This document shows, in pieces, positions 35,449 to 45,402 of a DNA stretch of 64,000 nucleotides. This DNA is from Candidatus Poribacteria bacterium. GTDB lineage: Bacteria > Poribacteria > WGA-4E > PCPOR2b. The notes beneath the pieces were generated by a model. The model had not been told where the DNA came from. It saw only the letters and a list, made by a program, of their open reading frames with translations, and made no database searches. Every line of letters starts with the position of its first letter. Position 1 is the stretch's first letter. A program made the position numbers and the translations under genes. The stretch is from contig OZ244042.1 of assembly GCA_965215015.1 (NCBI GenBank), positions 2,304,001 to 2,368,000 of the forward strand, written 5' to 3'.

Positions 35449-37503
35449 CTAAGCGACGCTGACATCTTCCAACGGCACAGTCATCTGCATCGCACCGAAG
35501 CGAACGACCGCTTTCTGGGCCTGTGAATCTATTTCACTGAGCACGCCAACGCTGTCTAAACTGTGCACACGGACCTCAGTGCCCTTTTTTAGTTCGTGAA
35601 TAAATGCCTGCCGTTCCTGTTCCTCTGGAAATTGGTTCAGCTCACCAGCCATATAGGTGCTGATTTCAGACAGCGATTCGAGCAGTGAACGGCGAGACGA
35701 TTCCGACTGACACAATCTATCAATCTGCCCTTTAATCTGGTGGAGCAGGGCATAGGTATCCACATCGAGTTGTGCCTGCATCTCCGTTTCCCGCGCAGAG
35801 ACTTCGTCCAATTTTTGGCGATATTCGCCCTGTAGACGTGCTGCCTCTGCCTGTGTTTCTATTACGGTGCGCTTGTTTTTCTCCATCACCACCTTAGCAG
35901 CCTGCAACTGATTTATCAGTTCGGTGGTGCCGTCAGCCTCGCCTGCTGAACTTTTTTCTGCGTTTGTGATAACCTCGTTTGGCAGCCCCAAACGTTTGGC
36001 AATTGCTAGCGCATTGCTGCTACCGGGTGTGCCAATCAACAGCTTGTAGGTTGGGCGCAATGTTACTGTATCAAATTCTACAGACGCATTTTCAATTCCC
36101 GGTACGATATAGCCGAGATTTTTGAGCGGACTGATGTGCGTCGAGACAACTGTGCGTGCGTTGCGGGTGTGCAGGTATTCGAGGATGGATGTGCCCAACG
36201 CCGCACCTTCCGCCGGATCGGTACCGCCGCCCAACTCATCTAACAGCACCAAACTGTTCTCCGCTGCAGACGAAAGGATCTCCGCAATGTTACGGAGATG
36301 GCTGGAGAATGTGCTCAAACTCTGTTCAATGCTCTGTTCATCGCCGATGTCCGCTGATATGTGTGAGAATACAGCCAGTTCAGAACCTGCTCCTGCGGAG
36401 ATGTGCAGACCCGACTGCGCCATCAGAGTCAACAAACCAACCGTTTTCAGCGTGATGGTCTTGCCGCCGGTGTTGGGACCCGTAATAATTAAGGTATTGA
36501 AATCATCGCCCAGACGGAAATTAATAGGGACCACTACTTCGATGTCAGAGTTCTCCGCCCGCTGCAGGGTTAAGAGTAATGGATGGCGTGCCACCTTGAG
36601 ATTGAGCTGGCCGTTTGCGTTCAAGGTTGGTGGATTCAGCTCATAATCGCGGCTGAAGCGCACTTTCGCATACGTCAGATCCAGATGGGCGAGTATCTTC
36701 AACGTTTCACCCATCGGTTCAGTCATTGCTGTAATCTTGGCGGTAATTTCGCGGAGCAGCCGCACAATCTCTGCCCCTTCGGCGTCGATTGCCGCTTGTA
36801 ACTCATTTCCCAGCTCGCGCACCACCGCAGGCTCGATAAATACGGTACTGCCTCGGTCAGATCTATCCCGCACCGCGCCGGGGACGCGGGACGCATCGCG
36901 CCCTTTCACGGCGATCACAGGACGCCCCTTGCGCTCCCGTATGATCGGATCTTGTAAATATGGACTGACACTTTTTGAACGGAGGGTTGATTGCAGCCTG
37001 CCGTGGATGCGTCCTTTCACCGTCTGAATCGTTTTACGGATAGATTTCAGCTCGGGACTGGCACTACTCTTTACCACGCCGTTTTCGTTCAGTGTGTTCT
37101 CAATTTTCGCTTCAATTTCGGGATATAACCGAATCTCCTCCGCCAATCGATGGAGATGCGGATAGTCCCCCTTTGCATCTTCCAGGTATCCTTTGACAAT
37201 CCTGAAGGCGCGGAGGGTTTCCTTGACGTGCATAATCTCCTCGATGATGAGGATATCCGCGCCTTTGTCCAATTTCTCTAAAATTGGAAAGAGATCATGC
37301 AGCCCGCCCAACGGTAGGTAACGATCCGGCGACAACAGTCTTTTCAACTCGGTTGTTTCCGCAATCAACCGCTTAATCCGATGCAGGTCGGTCAACGGTT
37401 GAATTCCCTGTACCAGCTTCGCCCCTAGCCCTGACGCTGTATAACCGCCCAGCAGTTCTCTGATCTTGTCATATTCTAGAACATCGAGCGTGTGTTGATT
37501 CAT
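35449..37503 (-). CDS. mutS2: MutS2 family protein lacking the C-terminal Smr domain
   Basis: TLDVLEYDKI start, ITGPNTGGKT, DIGDEQSIEQSLSTFSSH, LLDELGGGTDPAEG; ends right after a KOW-like segment at 684 aa. Confidence 0.88.
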   Translation of the reverse strand: MNQHTLDVLEYDKIRELLGGYTASGLGAKLVQGIQPLTDLHRIKRLIAETTELKRLLSPDRYLPLGGLHDLFPILEKLDKGADILIIEEIMHVKETLRAFRIVKGYLEDAKGDYPHLHRLAEEIRLYPEIEAKIENTLNENGVVKSSASPELKSIRKTIQTVKGRIHGRLQSTLRSKSVSPYLQDPIIRERKGRPVIAVKGRDASRVPGAVRDRSDRGSTVFIEPAVVRELGNELQAAIDAEGAEIVRLLREITAKITAMTEPMGETLKILAHLDLTYAKVRFSRDYELNPPTLNANGQLNLKVARHPLLLTLQRAENSDIEVVVPINFRLGDDFNTLIITGPNTGGKTITLKTVGLLTLMAQSGLHISAGAGSELAVFSHISADIGDEQSIEQSLSTFSSHLRNIAEILSSAAENSLVLLDELGGGTDPAEGAALGTSILEYLHTRNARTVVSTHISPLKNLGYIVPGIENASVEFDTVTLRPTYKLLIGTPGSSNALAIAKRLGLPNEVITNAEKSSAGEADGTTELINQLQAAKVVMEKNKRTVIETQAEAARLQGEYRQKLDEVSARETEMQAQLDVDTYALLHQIKGQIDRLCQSESSRRSLLESLSEISTYMAGELNQFPEEQERQAFIHELKKGTEVRVHSLDSVGVLSEIDSQAQKAVVRFGAMQMTVPLEDVSVA

Positions 37504-37530
37504 GATGGTTTGTTCCCCTACATTTCAACC

Positions 37531-38619
37531 TCATCTATCCCCTAGGACCACTTTTAATTCCTTCACAAATCGTTCATTCTCTTCAGGGGTGCCAATCGTC
37601 ACCCGGATGGATTTGGGGAAGCCGTATCCCGCTACAGGACGAACAATCACACCTTTTCGCATGAGCGCGTCGGAGATTTTACTTCCGGGATGGTCAAAAT
37701 GCACCAGAATGAAGTTCCCTTCCGATTCGACATACGCCAGTTCCATCTGATCCAACGCTTCATAGAGAAATGCTTTGCCGATGGTGTTGACCTCTTGGCT
37801 ACGACGCACATGCTCTGCATCTTTCAACGCAGCACGCGCCGCGGCCTGCGCGACGAGGTTGCAGTTAAACGGTTGACGCACCCGATTCATCGTTTCTATA
37901 ATATCGGGCTCGGCGAGCCCGTATCCGATTCGCATCCCCGCAAGCCCGTAAATCTTGGAGAACGTGCGCGTGATGATGACGTTGGGTCGTTCGTGGATGT
38001 AGGGCAACGTCTGCGGATAGTCGGGGCGATCAACGTATTCGTAGTAGGCTTCGTCAAAGACAACGAGGACATCGTCCGGCACGCGCGCCATCAATTTCTC
38101 CGTCTCCGTTTTCGTAACCATTGTTCCGGTCGGGTTGTTCGGATTGGCGATGAAGATGACGCGGGTCTGATCAGTGATTGCATCCGCCATAGCCTCCAGA
38201 TCTTGCGTATAACCGCACATCGGTGTAACGATTGACTTCGCACTGAACACCTTGGCGACTAACATGTAGACGACAAAGGCACTCTCCGAGTAAATTACCT
38301 CATCGCCCGGTGATATGTAGGTCTCCCCGACCAGTTGCAGCACTTCGTTGGAGCCGTTCCCTAAAATTAGATTTTCGGGCGGAACGCCGAGGTGCCCTGC
38401 CAGATCCTGTTTCAGGTAGTAGGCATTTCCGTCGGGATAGAGGTTCACCTGCGTTGCTGCAGCTTGAATGGCACCCATTGCCAAGGGCGAAGGCCCCAGC
38501 GGGTTTTCGTTCGATGCCAACTTGATAATATCGGAGATTCCCAACTCACGCTGGACCTCTTCAATCGGTTTGCCCCCCTGATAGGGTTGGATGGTTTCAA
38601 TTCCGGGCTTTGGTCTCAT
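37531..38619 (-). CDS. hisC: Histidinol-phosphate aminotransferase
   Basis: KLASNENPLG, NPNNPTG, DEAYYEY, RTFSKIYGLAGMRIGY. Confidence 0.93.
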   Translation of the reverse strand: MRPKPGIETIQPYQGGKPIEEVQRELGISDIIKLASNENPLGPSPLAMGAIQAAATQVNLYPDGNAYYLKQDLAGHLGVPPENLILGNGSNEVLQLVGETYISPGDEVIYSESAFVVYMLVAKVFSAKSIVTPMCGYTQDLEAMADAITDQTRVIFIANPNNPTGTMVTKTETEKLMARVPDDVLVVFDEAYYEYVDRPDYPQTLPYIHERPNVIITRTFSKIYGLAGMRIGYGLAEPDIIETMNRVRQPFNCNLVAQAAARAALKDAEHVRRSQEVNTIGKAFLYEALDQMELAYVESEGNFILVHFDHPGSKISDALMRKGVIVRPVAGYGFPKSIRVTIGTPEENERFVKELKVVLGDR

Positions 38620-38719
38620 AGATTACCTCGTGGTTCGTTTGTCAATTTCTTAGACACAATAAGTTATTGCAGAGAGTGGAGACCTTCGTTCCCTACCGCA
38701 GAGAGCACAGAGAAAAAAG

Positions 38720-38908
38720 CCTATATCTGCTCATTTCCTATTGATACCGGTTGATCAGTTCAACATAGGATCTCGCCCGGGCCTTTTCCTCAGGGGCCGT
38801 AAATCTGTACCTTTTGTCAGGAACGATGTCGGGGAGGGTTATGCCTGCGTCAAGGATTTGGATATAGCCCTTTTGCTTTCCAATTTCAATAAAATTCGTT
38901 TGTTTCAT
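38720..38908 (-). pseudogene. Remnant N-terminus of a type I restriction (HsdR_N)/N6-methylase-like gene
   Basis: MKQTNFIEIGKQKGYIQI, a frameshift, then KRYRFTAPEEKARARSYVELINRYQ*. Resembles the PEEKV... motif of such proteins; RBS AGGAG. Confidence 0.45.
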
Positions 38909-39110
38909 ACGTTAAAGATCTCCTATATCTATTGAGGCGCATTCTCTCCCCCGGTGATTATCCTGTCTGACTAAAAAATATCACGAACTTCAACTTGTGT
39001 CAAGGGCAAATAGAGGAACGTTTTGAGATTGACAGGCTTCTCGTGCTTACGGTAGAATAGAGAGCAATTTCTGAGCGATGTCAGGAGAGCCCATCAATAG
39101 GAGGAGACGG

Positions 39111-39914
39111 ATGATTATCGAATGGAATACACACATTTTTAGTCCGGATCTGCAACGGTATCCGTTTCACGAGAAGGCGGTCTACACACCCGATGTTTCT
39201 AGCCAGCCGACAGATTCGCTGGGGGTATATCTGGCACACATGAATCAACACGGCATTGACCGTGCGGTGTTGGTGCATCCAGAGCCTTACGGAGACGATC
39301 ACCGGCTCATTCTAGACTGCTTGGAACAGGAGAAGGAGCGTGTCAAAGGCACGTGCCTGTTCTATCCAAAAGATCCGGCCGCCCCTCGCAAGATGGAGGC
39401 GTTGGTGGCGCGACAACCTCGGATCATTGCAACACGATTCCACGCCCATCGCGGCAAGCAGATGTATCTGGATAGCCTGACCAGTCCCGAAGTGCGGGGA
39501 ATCTGGGAGAAGGCGTTGGAACTGGATCTAATCATCGAGCTGCATATTGGACCGAACCATGCACAGGGGGCAGCGGAGATGTTGAGGGGCTACCCGGAAT
39601 CCAAGGTGTTAATAGATCACTTAGCGGAGCCGCACATGGGGGATGCGGTAGAGTATGCACATGTGCTAGATCTGGCGGATTTTGATACCGTGTATATGAA
39701 ACTCTCCGGTCTCAATCACTTCGCTACGGATGCACCCCTCTACTTGGGCGCGCGTCCGTTTACCCGTCGCGTGATCCAAGCCTTTGGAACCGATAAAGTA
39801 GTCTGGGGCAGCGGCATACCCGATATAGTGGATGCACATCTAGCTGAATATACAGAGATAGACCGGCAAAAGGTAAAGGGGAATAATCTGGCGAGGCTGC
39901 TGGGTTGGGATTAG
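39111..39914 (+). CDS. Amidohydrolase_2 family protein
   Basis: IIEWNTHIF, VLIDHLAEP, VYMKLSG, VVWGSG; promoter TTGACA-N18-TAGAAT at 39029-39058. Confidence 0.85.
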   Translation: MIIEWNTHIFSPDLQRYPFHEKAVYTPDVSSQPTDSLGVYLAHMNQHGIDRAVLVHPEPYGDDHRLILDCLEQEKERVKGTCLFYPKDPAAPRKMEALVARQPRIIATRFHAHRGKQMYLDSLTSPEVRGIWEKALELDLIIELHIGPNHAQGAAEMLRGYPESKVLIDHLAEPHMGDAVEYAHVLDLADFDTVYMKLSGLNHFATDAPLYLGARPFTRRVIQAFGTDKVVWGSGIPDIVDAHLAEYTEIDRQKVKGNNLARLLGWD

Positions 39915-39942
39915 ACATTTAAAAAAGAAGAAGGGATTTCTG

Positions 39943-40698
39943 ATGGAACGTTTTCCTATTTTTGAATCATACGAATTTAATGAGGAGCAGAAGGTAGAAA
40001 TGGACCGGGTCGGGCATTTCGTTCTCCCCGGCATCTTGACGTCGAAGGCGTGTGAACGGTTGACCGAATCGCTATCGTACATTCAATCGCTTGTTCCAAA
40101 CGCAACTGAGGGGCACGAGCCGAACCGGTTTGCCGCAGAATACGACGAATTTTTGGAGAGCCTGATAGGGCATCCGCAGATGCTTACGCTTGCCCGACAA
40201 GTGCTTGGGCAGGACATCCGCTATGACCATTGTGTTACGCTTAACCGTCCGGGTGGCAATCAGGGGACCGGTTGGCATAGCCACACATACTCGGACAACG
40301 ATCCAAGCTTAGGATTCATACGCATCTTCTTTTACGTCAATGGGTTTGATGCCGATGATGGTGGGTTGAAGGCTGTTCCGGGGAGTCACCTGTATCGGGC
40401 TAAGTTCCGTTTTCAGACAGATGAGGAGTTTCAATCAGGATGGCTGGTGAATAAAAAGCACATGCTCACCGGCGAACCGTTGGAGATACAAGACTTGTCC
40501 GTTCCCGATGGTACGGTGGTATTGATGTGGACGCATGCCGCACACGCTGTCAGTCCGAGACAACCTAGTAGTGATACACGATGGACAGTGGTCTACGCAT
40601 ACCGTAACCCCGGGAGACCATCTGCAGCTCGTTGGATTAGTAAAGAATTTGAGTATAAACGCATCTACGGAGCTGAAGGATTGATGAGTCTTTATTAA
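39943..40698 (+). CDS. PhyH-family dioxygenase
   Basis: GWHSH, LKAVPGSH, THAAHAV. Confidence 0.78.
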   Translation: MERFPIFESYEFNEEQKVEMDRVGHFVLPGILTSKACERLTESLSYIQSLVPNATEGHEPNRFAAEYDEFLESLIGHPQMLTLARQVLGQDIRYDHCVTLNRPGGNQGTGWHSHTYSDNDPSLGFIRIFFYVNGFDADDGGLKAVPGSHLYRAKFRFQTDEEFQSGWLVNKKHMLTGEPLEIQDLSVPDGTVVLMWTHAAHAVSPRQPSSDTRWTVVYAYRNPGRPSAARWISKEFEYKRIYGAEGLMSLY

Positions 40699-40974
40699 TT
40701 CTAAGGCAAGTTGCTAATAGTAGGCATACTCCGTATGCCATAACCCCCCCTTCCCCCGCTAAATACCCGGCGGGTTATCCGTCAATTCCTGGGTCATTGA
40801 GTCGATTTCCCCTCTGCTTGCGAGGGGACTAAGGGGGCTGATACCATATTAGAGGAGGTACCGACAGAGCGTGCCTACTACTTTGGGGAATCTATCAAAA
40901 ACCGAGTCCGTAGGTCGAAATTCATATCTCGACAGCCACTGTCAATTTTGGAAAATTGACCTACAGAAGTTTTC

Positions 40975-43038
40975 TTAAAACAGAAAGCCTGACTCAAAGA
41001 GGTAGGACATCTTGGTAAGGACTGCGCGCTCGCCGTTGGTGCTATCGGCGAATACGAGGAAGAGGCGGCTCTCTGGGGTGAAGCGGTAATCAAAGACAGA
41101 ATTGAAGTTGTATTTTACCTCATGAGACGTACGCTCGTCCACCCGCTCTGCGAAGATCCGCCAACCCATCCGCCGGGTGAATTGGTAGTTAACGTTCGCC
41201 CCAACGATGAGCGTATTGCGCTTTTCACGCCAGAGGAAGTTGCTCCCATTCAGGCTAAAGGTGAGTTTGCCAAAGAGGTTGACATTGGCAGATACCCGCG
41301 TAAACCGGCTATACTTGTTTTGACGAGGCCCGAATCGGTTAAACAACGATAGGCGTCCCCATTTGGGACGGTAACTAATATTTGAACCGATATATTGTCT
41401 GTTGTAAAGTGTACCCTCCTCGCGGCGGGTTCCACTTCCAACGAAGGTAAAAAGGTCAAACCTACCAATATCAACCCCGCTAGACAATCCGATCCGCCGA
41501 TCCCATAACAGATGCTGTCCGTTGAGTTTATAGAGATGGTAACCGCTGACGTAGTATCCGCGGACGAGGTTGTCTTTGTCGAATTGATGCTTGTATCGCA
41601 AGCGACCGAATGTCTTACGGAACGCCTCATCTTCCAATCCCATCTCATTTGGACGGAAACCGTCTGGCATATCTTCGACGCGAGCTTCGGCGCCCCAACC
41701 ACTCTCATGATCCCAGTCCATAGAGGCGTGGAATGCTGAGTGTATCTCACCATGGATCCAATCGGTCACATATTGGCCCCGGGCGGTCACGTCCCGGTGA
41801 AGAGCGAACCGACCATCTAACGAAAGCAAAGTCACATCTCGGTCCTCCTGATGCTTCTGCAAACCCATCGCGCCAATCACTGTGCGCCGACCAACGTTTC
41901 GGCTGACTCGCGTGGCAAGGAGATTTGCCTGCTTCTTCTGATCGCCGTCGTAGCGATCAACCATCGTTCCATAGGTATCGATGAGGACGAAATTATAGTC
42001 CCCAACTTTCCCCGTTGATTTTATACCGTAATCGATGTCCTGAACTCGGCGGCTGTAAAATAGGTCAAGCGGCAGTTCAAACAACTCCGACCCTTCGCGG
42101 AAAAATGGACGTCGCTCCGGTAGATACATCTCCCGATCGCTTGAGACGCTGATGCGCGTTGAATCGCTTTCCAACTGTGAGAAGTCCGGATTCAAAGTCA
42201 GATTTGTGGTGATGTTCGTCGAGAACGGAAGGGCAACGTCTAAACCTGCGCTCATATCCATCGACTCGCCTTCTATCGAGCGTTGAGTGACGTAGGGTAG
42301 AATATCAATCTTTCGATCCGTATTCACTTTGTTGAGGTCAAGGTCCGCCAACTTGCCGAACTCCGAAACCCGACTAAAGTCGTCTCCGGTATCCGCCCAC
42401 GTATAACGGACCCCTTCCATCGGATGGGGTCGCGCAAAGTTAATGCCCCATGTCGTTGTTTCGGGATCAAAACGGAGTTCGCTAAAGGGGATTGCCATTT
42501 CCGCTGTCCAATGGTTTCCATTCTTCTGGACCTTTGCCTCCCAGTTCGCATCCCACGCTTGGTCAAAGTTGCTCTCGTTACTGATTTTTGCGTCCATCTG
42601 TGTGCCCAGCGTGTTGACCGCCAGAACATAGCAATTGCGCTGATCATGATAGGTATCAAGCAGCACCTGAACCGTATCGTCCCGCCAGATGGGGGCATCG
42701 CGGCGCGTTTGCGTCTCACGCAACGCCTCCATATTCGGTTCGTCGCAGTGCACGCCGACATAAAGTGTATTTGCATCATATAGGACCATCGCCTTGGTGC
42801 CCAATTCTGCAGGGACACCGTGAGCACCTTCCACACGATAGAAATTGTCCGCAATCTCGGCTTGCTCCCAGACGCCATCGCAGAGGTCTCCATCAATAAC
42901 AGGCGGCGTATCGAGCCATTTGGCTTTGATAACACGACCGGAACTTTGACTATCAGCGAAAACTGATGTCCCTAAACACGCCATTATGATTAGAATCACC
43001 GAGCCTATCCATCGTTGTCGTTGAACATTTAACCACAT
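40975..43038 (-). CDS. CBM9-like domain plus DUF5916 outer-membrane beta-barrel protein
   Basis: Signal peptide; PVIDGDL...W, WTAEMAIPFSEL; TLNPDFSQLESD, PERRPFFREG, LFYSRR; C-terminal Phe. Confidence 0.8.
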   Translation of the reverse strand: MWLNVQRQRWIGSVILIIMACLGTSVFADSQSSGRVIKAKWLDTPPVIDGDLCDGVWEQAEIADNFYRVEGAHGVPAELGTKAMVLYDANTLYVGVHCDEPNMEALRETQTRRDAPIWRDDTVQVLLDTYHDQRNCYVLAVNTLGTQMDAKISNESNFDQAWDANWEAKVQKNGNHWTAEMAIPFSELRFDPETTTWGINFARPHPMEGVRYTWADTGDDFSRVSEFGKLADLDLNKVNTDRKIDILPYVTQRSIEGESMDMSAGLDVALPFSTNITTNLTLNPDFSQLESDSTRISVSSDREMYLPERRPFFREGSELFELPLDLFYSRRVQDIDYGIKSTGKVGDYNFVLIDTYGTMVDRYDGDQKKQANLLATRVSRNVGRRTVIGAMGLQKHQEDRDVTLLSLDGRFALHRDVTARGQYVTDWIHGEIHSAFHASMDWDHESGWGAEARVEDMPDGFRPNEMGLEDEAFRKTFGRLRYKHQFDKDNLVRGYYVSGYHLYKLNGQHLLWDRRIGLSSGVDIGRFDLFTFVGSGTRREEGTLYNRQYIGSNISYRPKWGRLSLFNRFGPRQNKYSRFTRVSANVNLFGKLTFSLNGSNFLWREKRNTLIVGANVNYQFTRRMGWRIFAERVDERTSHEVKYNFNSVFDYRFTPESRLFLVFADSTNGERAVLTKMSYLFESGFLF

Positions 43039-43057
43039 TATGACTGCCCTCTCCCAT

Positions 43058-45367
43058 CTATGCCGCCCAAGCAGAATCGCTAACCGAATCGGCTTGGTTG
43101 AACTGCTTGTTATACATATCTGCATACATCCCACCAGTCGCTAACAGCTGCTCGTGGGTGCCGACCTCAATAATTCTGCCCTCTTTCATCGCAACAATCA
43201 TGTCCGCATTCAGAACGGTCGAAAGTCGATGCGCGATGACGAATGAGGTTCTGGACTGCATCAACCGATCCAGTGCCTGTTGAATCTGTGCCTCAGATTC
43301 CGTATCCAGATTGGAGGTTGCCTCATCCAGAATCAGGATGCGCGGGTCTCGTAAAATGGTGCGTGCAATGGCGATGCGTTGTTTCTGCCCGCCGGAGAGA
43401 CGCATCCCGCGTTCCCCAACTTCTGTCTCATATCCCTCCGGCAACTGATCGACGATAAACTGATGCGCGTTGGCGGCGAGGGCGGCATCCACAACTTCCT
43501 CGTCCGTCGCACCGAGTTTACCGAATCGTATATTTTCGGCAATCGAGCCCGCGAACAGAAAATTATCCTGCAACACAATTCCCATCTGATTTCGCAACGA
43601 CTTAATCGAAACATCACGGAGGTTATACTCATCCACGAAAATATTACCCTCCACCGGATCATAAAATCTGGACATCAGGTTTGCAATGGTGCTTTTGCCA
43701 CACCCCGATGGTCCAACCAATGCCACCATCATCCCTGGCTTGGTTTCGAGGCTGATGTTGTGTAGCACCGGGTTTTCTGGTTCATAGCTGAAAGAGACGT
43801 TATCAAATTTGACATGGCCGCGAATTCGGGGAAGGGTTATCGCATCGGGCGACTCCTCAACGGTCGGCTCGGAATCGAGCAGACCGAAAACGCGTTCAGC
43901 CGAGATCATCGCCTCTTGAATCTGTGTATTGACCCTAATTAAGTTCATGATTGGCTCTTGGAGACGTTCCATAAATTGGTAGAAAGCGACCATCGCCCCG
44001 ACGGTAAAATCGCCTTGAATGACTAAGTATCCCCCATAACAGAGGACCGCAGCCCTACCAATTGACCGGAAAAAGAGCGCAACGCGCCTCATCGCCGTTT
44101 GGGTTGCGGTGATTTTGATTCTTGATTCAAGGGTCTCGCGCATATTATGGAATAACTGTCGCTCATGATAACGCTCCCGATGAAAAGCCTTGACAACCTT
44201 GGCCCCTGCAACTGCCTCGTACATCCCCGTTGAGATGTCCGCCCACTTATGTCGCCATTGACGCCACATTGGACGCAGCCGTTTGATGAAGAGGTGATAG
44301 TTCCCAATGATCATCGGGAAGATTAGCAGGGAGAAGAGGGTCAATTTCCAATTCCAATAGAGCATGATGCCCAGCATGAGGATGAAAGTGACCGCATCGG
44401 TTATGATCCGGATTGATGTTTCGGTGGCGAGGCTCCGAAGGGCGGCGACATCTTCCCTGACCCGTGAAAGGATTTGTCCCGTCCCTTGGGCTTCGTAGAA
44501 ACGCATCGACAGCGACTGTAGGTGAGAGAACACCTTATTTCTCAGATCAAACAGAATACGCTGGCTGATCCATGTCATCACGTAGGTGCAGAAATAGGAA
44601 AGGACCCCGAAAATCGCATAGTAGATAATAATGGTGCAAAGGATAATAGTCAGCCAACCGACTAGCGTGTGGTGAAATTCATGCCCTAGCAAGGTGTGTG
44701 TAACCGTAGCGGCATAAACCTTGATTTCACCTTCGGCGACGTACAGCTTACCGCTTTCTTTCCAGATCGTATGCTGCTTTCCGGTTGCCTCATCAATGAT
44801 GAGCCAGCGGCTGCCTACCTCTTCAACCGAGACGATTGCCTTTGAAGATAGGGACATATCACGCTCATCAAACACTTCATACAGCTTCTTGACTGCCTTG
44901 TTGAACGCCTCAAGTTCCTCTGGATCATTCATCTCCCCCGGTTTTTTTAAATCATTCACCCCCTCAAGTTTCTCTAAATACTTCTTCTTCTGGAACTCGG
45001 AGTCAATCTGAAACACCTTTTGACTGATACGGTATTTCTGACCTGTTTCTGTGTCAGTGAGCCCCCATTTTTCTCCCCTCTTTTCAATCGAGATGACGGT
45101 ACTTGAGGAGAGCAAAACCCCTTGTGTGTCAAGCTGCTGCCTCAGCGCGTTAGAAAGCCCTGCCCGATTGTCTAGCTCATCCTGAAACCCCAAATCAACG
45201 CTTGCAAGGGGTTTGTTAGCGGACTCTAACAGTGTATCAATGACAAACTTCTGAACGAGCGGCATGAATAACGGGGACTGCCCGACAAGCACGACCAGGA
45301 AAAAACCGAGGATCAGTTTGGGTAGATAAGGCTTCGCGTATGCGAATAATCTGAAAAACTGTTTCAT
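43058..45367 (-). CDS. ABC exporter (fused TMD-NBD) with a ~165-aa extracytoplasmic insertion
   Basis: GPSGCGKS, LSGGQKQR, LILDEATS, AHRLST; long insert after TM1. Confidence 0.9.
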   Translation of the reverse strand: MKQFFRLFAYAKPYLPKLILGFFLVVLVGQSPLFMPLVQKFVIDTLLESANKPLASVDLGFQDELDNRAGLSNALRQQLDTQGVLLSSSTVISIEKRGEKWGLTDTETGQKYRISQKVFQIDSEFQKKKYLEKLEGVNDLKKPGEMNDPEELEAFNKAVKKLYEVFDERDMSLSSKAIVSVEEVGSRWLIIDEATGKQHTIWKESGKLYVAEGEIKVYAATVTHTLLGHEFHHTLVGWLTIILCTIIIYYAIFGVLSYFCTYVMTWISQRILFDLRNKVFSHLQSLSMRFYEAQGTGQILSRVREDVAALRSLATETSIRIITDAVTFILMLGIMLYWNWKLTLFSLLIFPMIIGNYHLFIKRLRPMWRQWRHKWADISTGMYEAVAGAKVVKAFHRERYHERQLFHNMRETLESRIKITATQTAMRRVALFFRSIGRAAVLCYGGYLVIQGDFTVGAMVAFYQFMERLQEPIMNLIRVNTQIQEAMISAERVFGLLDSEPTVEESPDAITLPRIRGHVKFDNVSFSYEPENPVLHNISLETKPGMMVALVGPSGCGKSTIANLMSRFYDPVEGNIFVDEYNLRDVSIKSLRNQMGIVLQDNFLFAGSIAENIRFGKLGATDEEVVDAALAANAHQFIVDQLPEGYETEVGERGMRLSGGQKQRIAIARTILRDPRILILDEATSNLDTESEAQIQQALDRLMQSRTSFVIAHRLSTVLNADMIVAMKEGRIIEVGTHEQLLATGGMYADMYNKQFNQADSVSDSAWAA

Positions 45368-45402
45368 CGCGGACCTCCATTGCCCTACAATTCAGGCACC
45401 GC

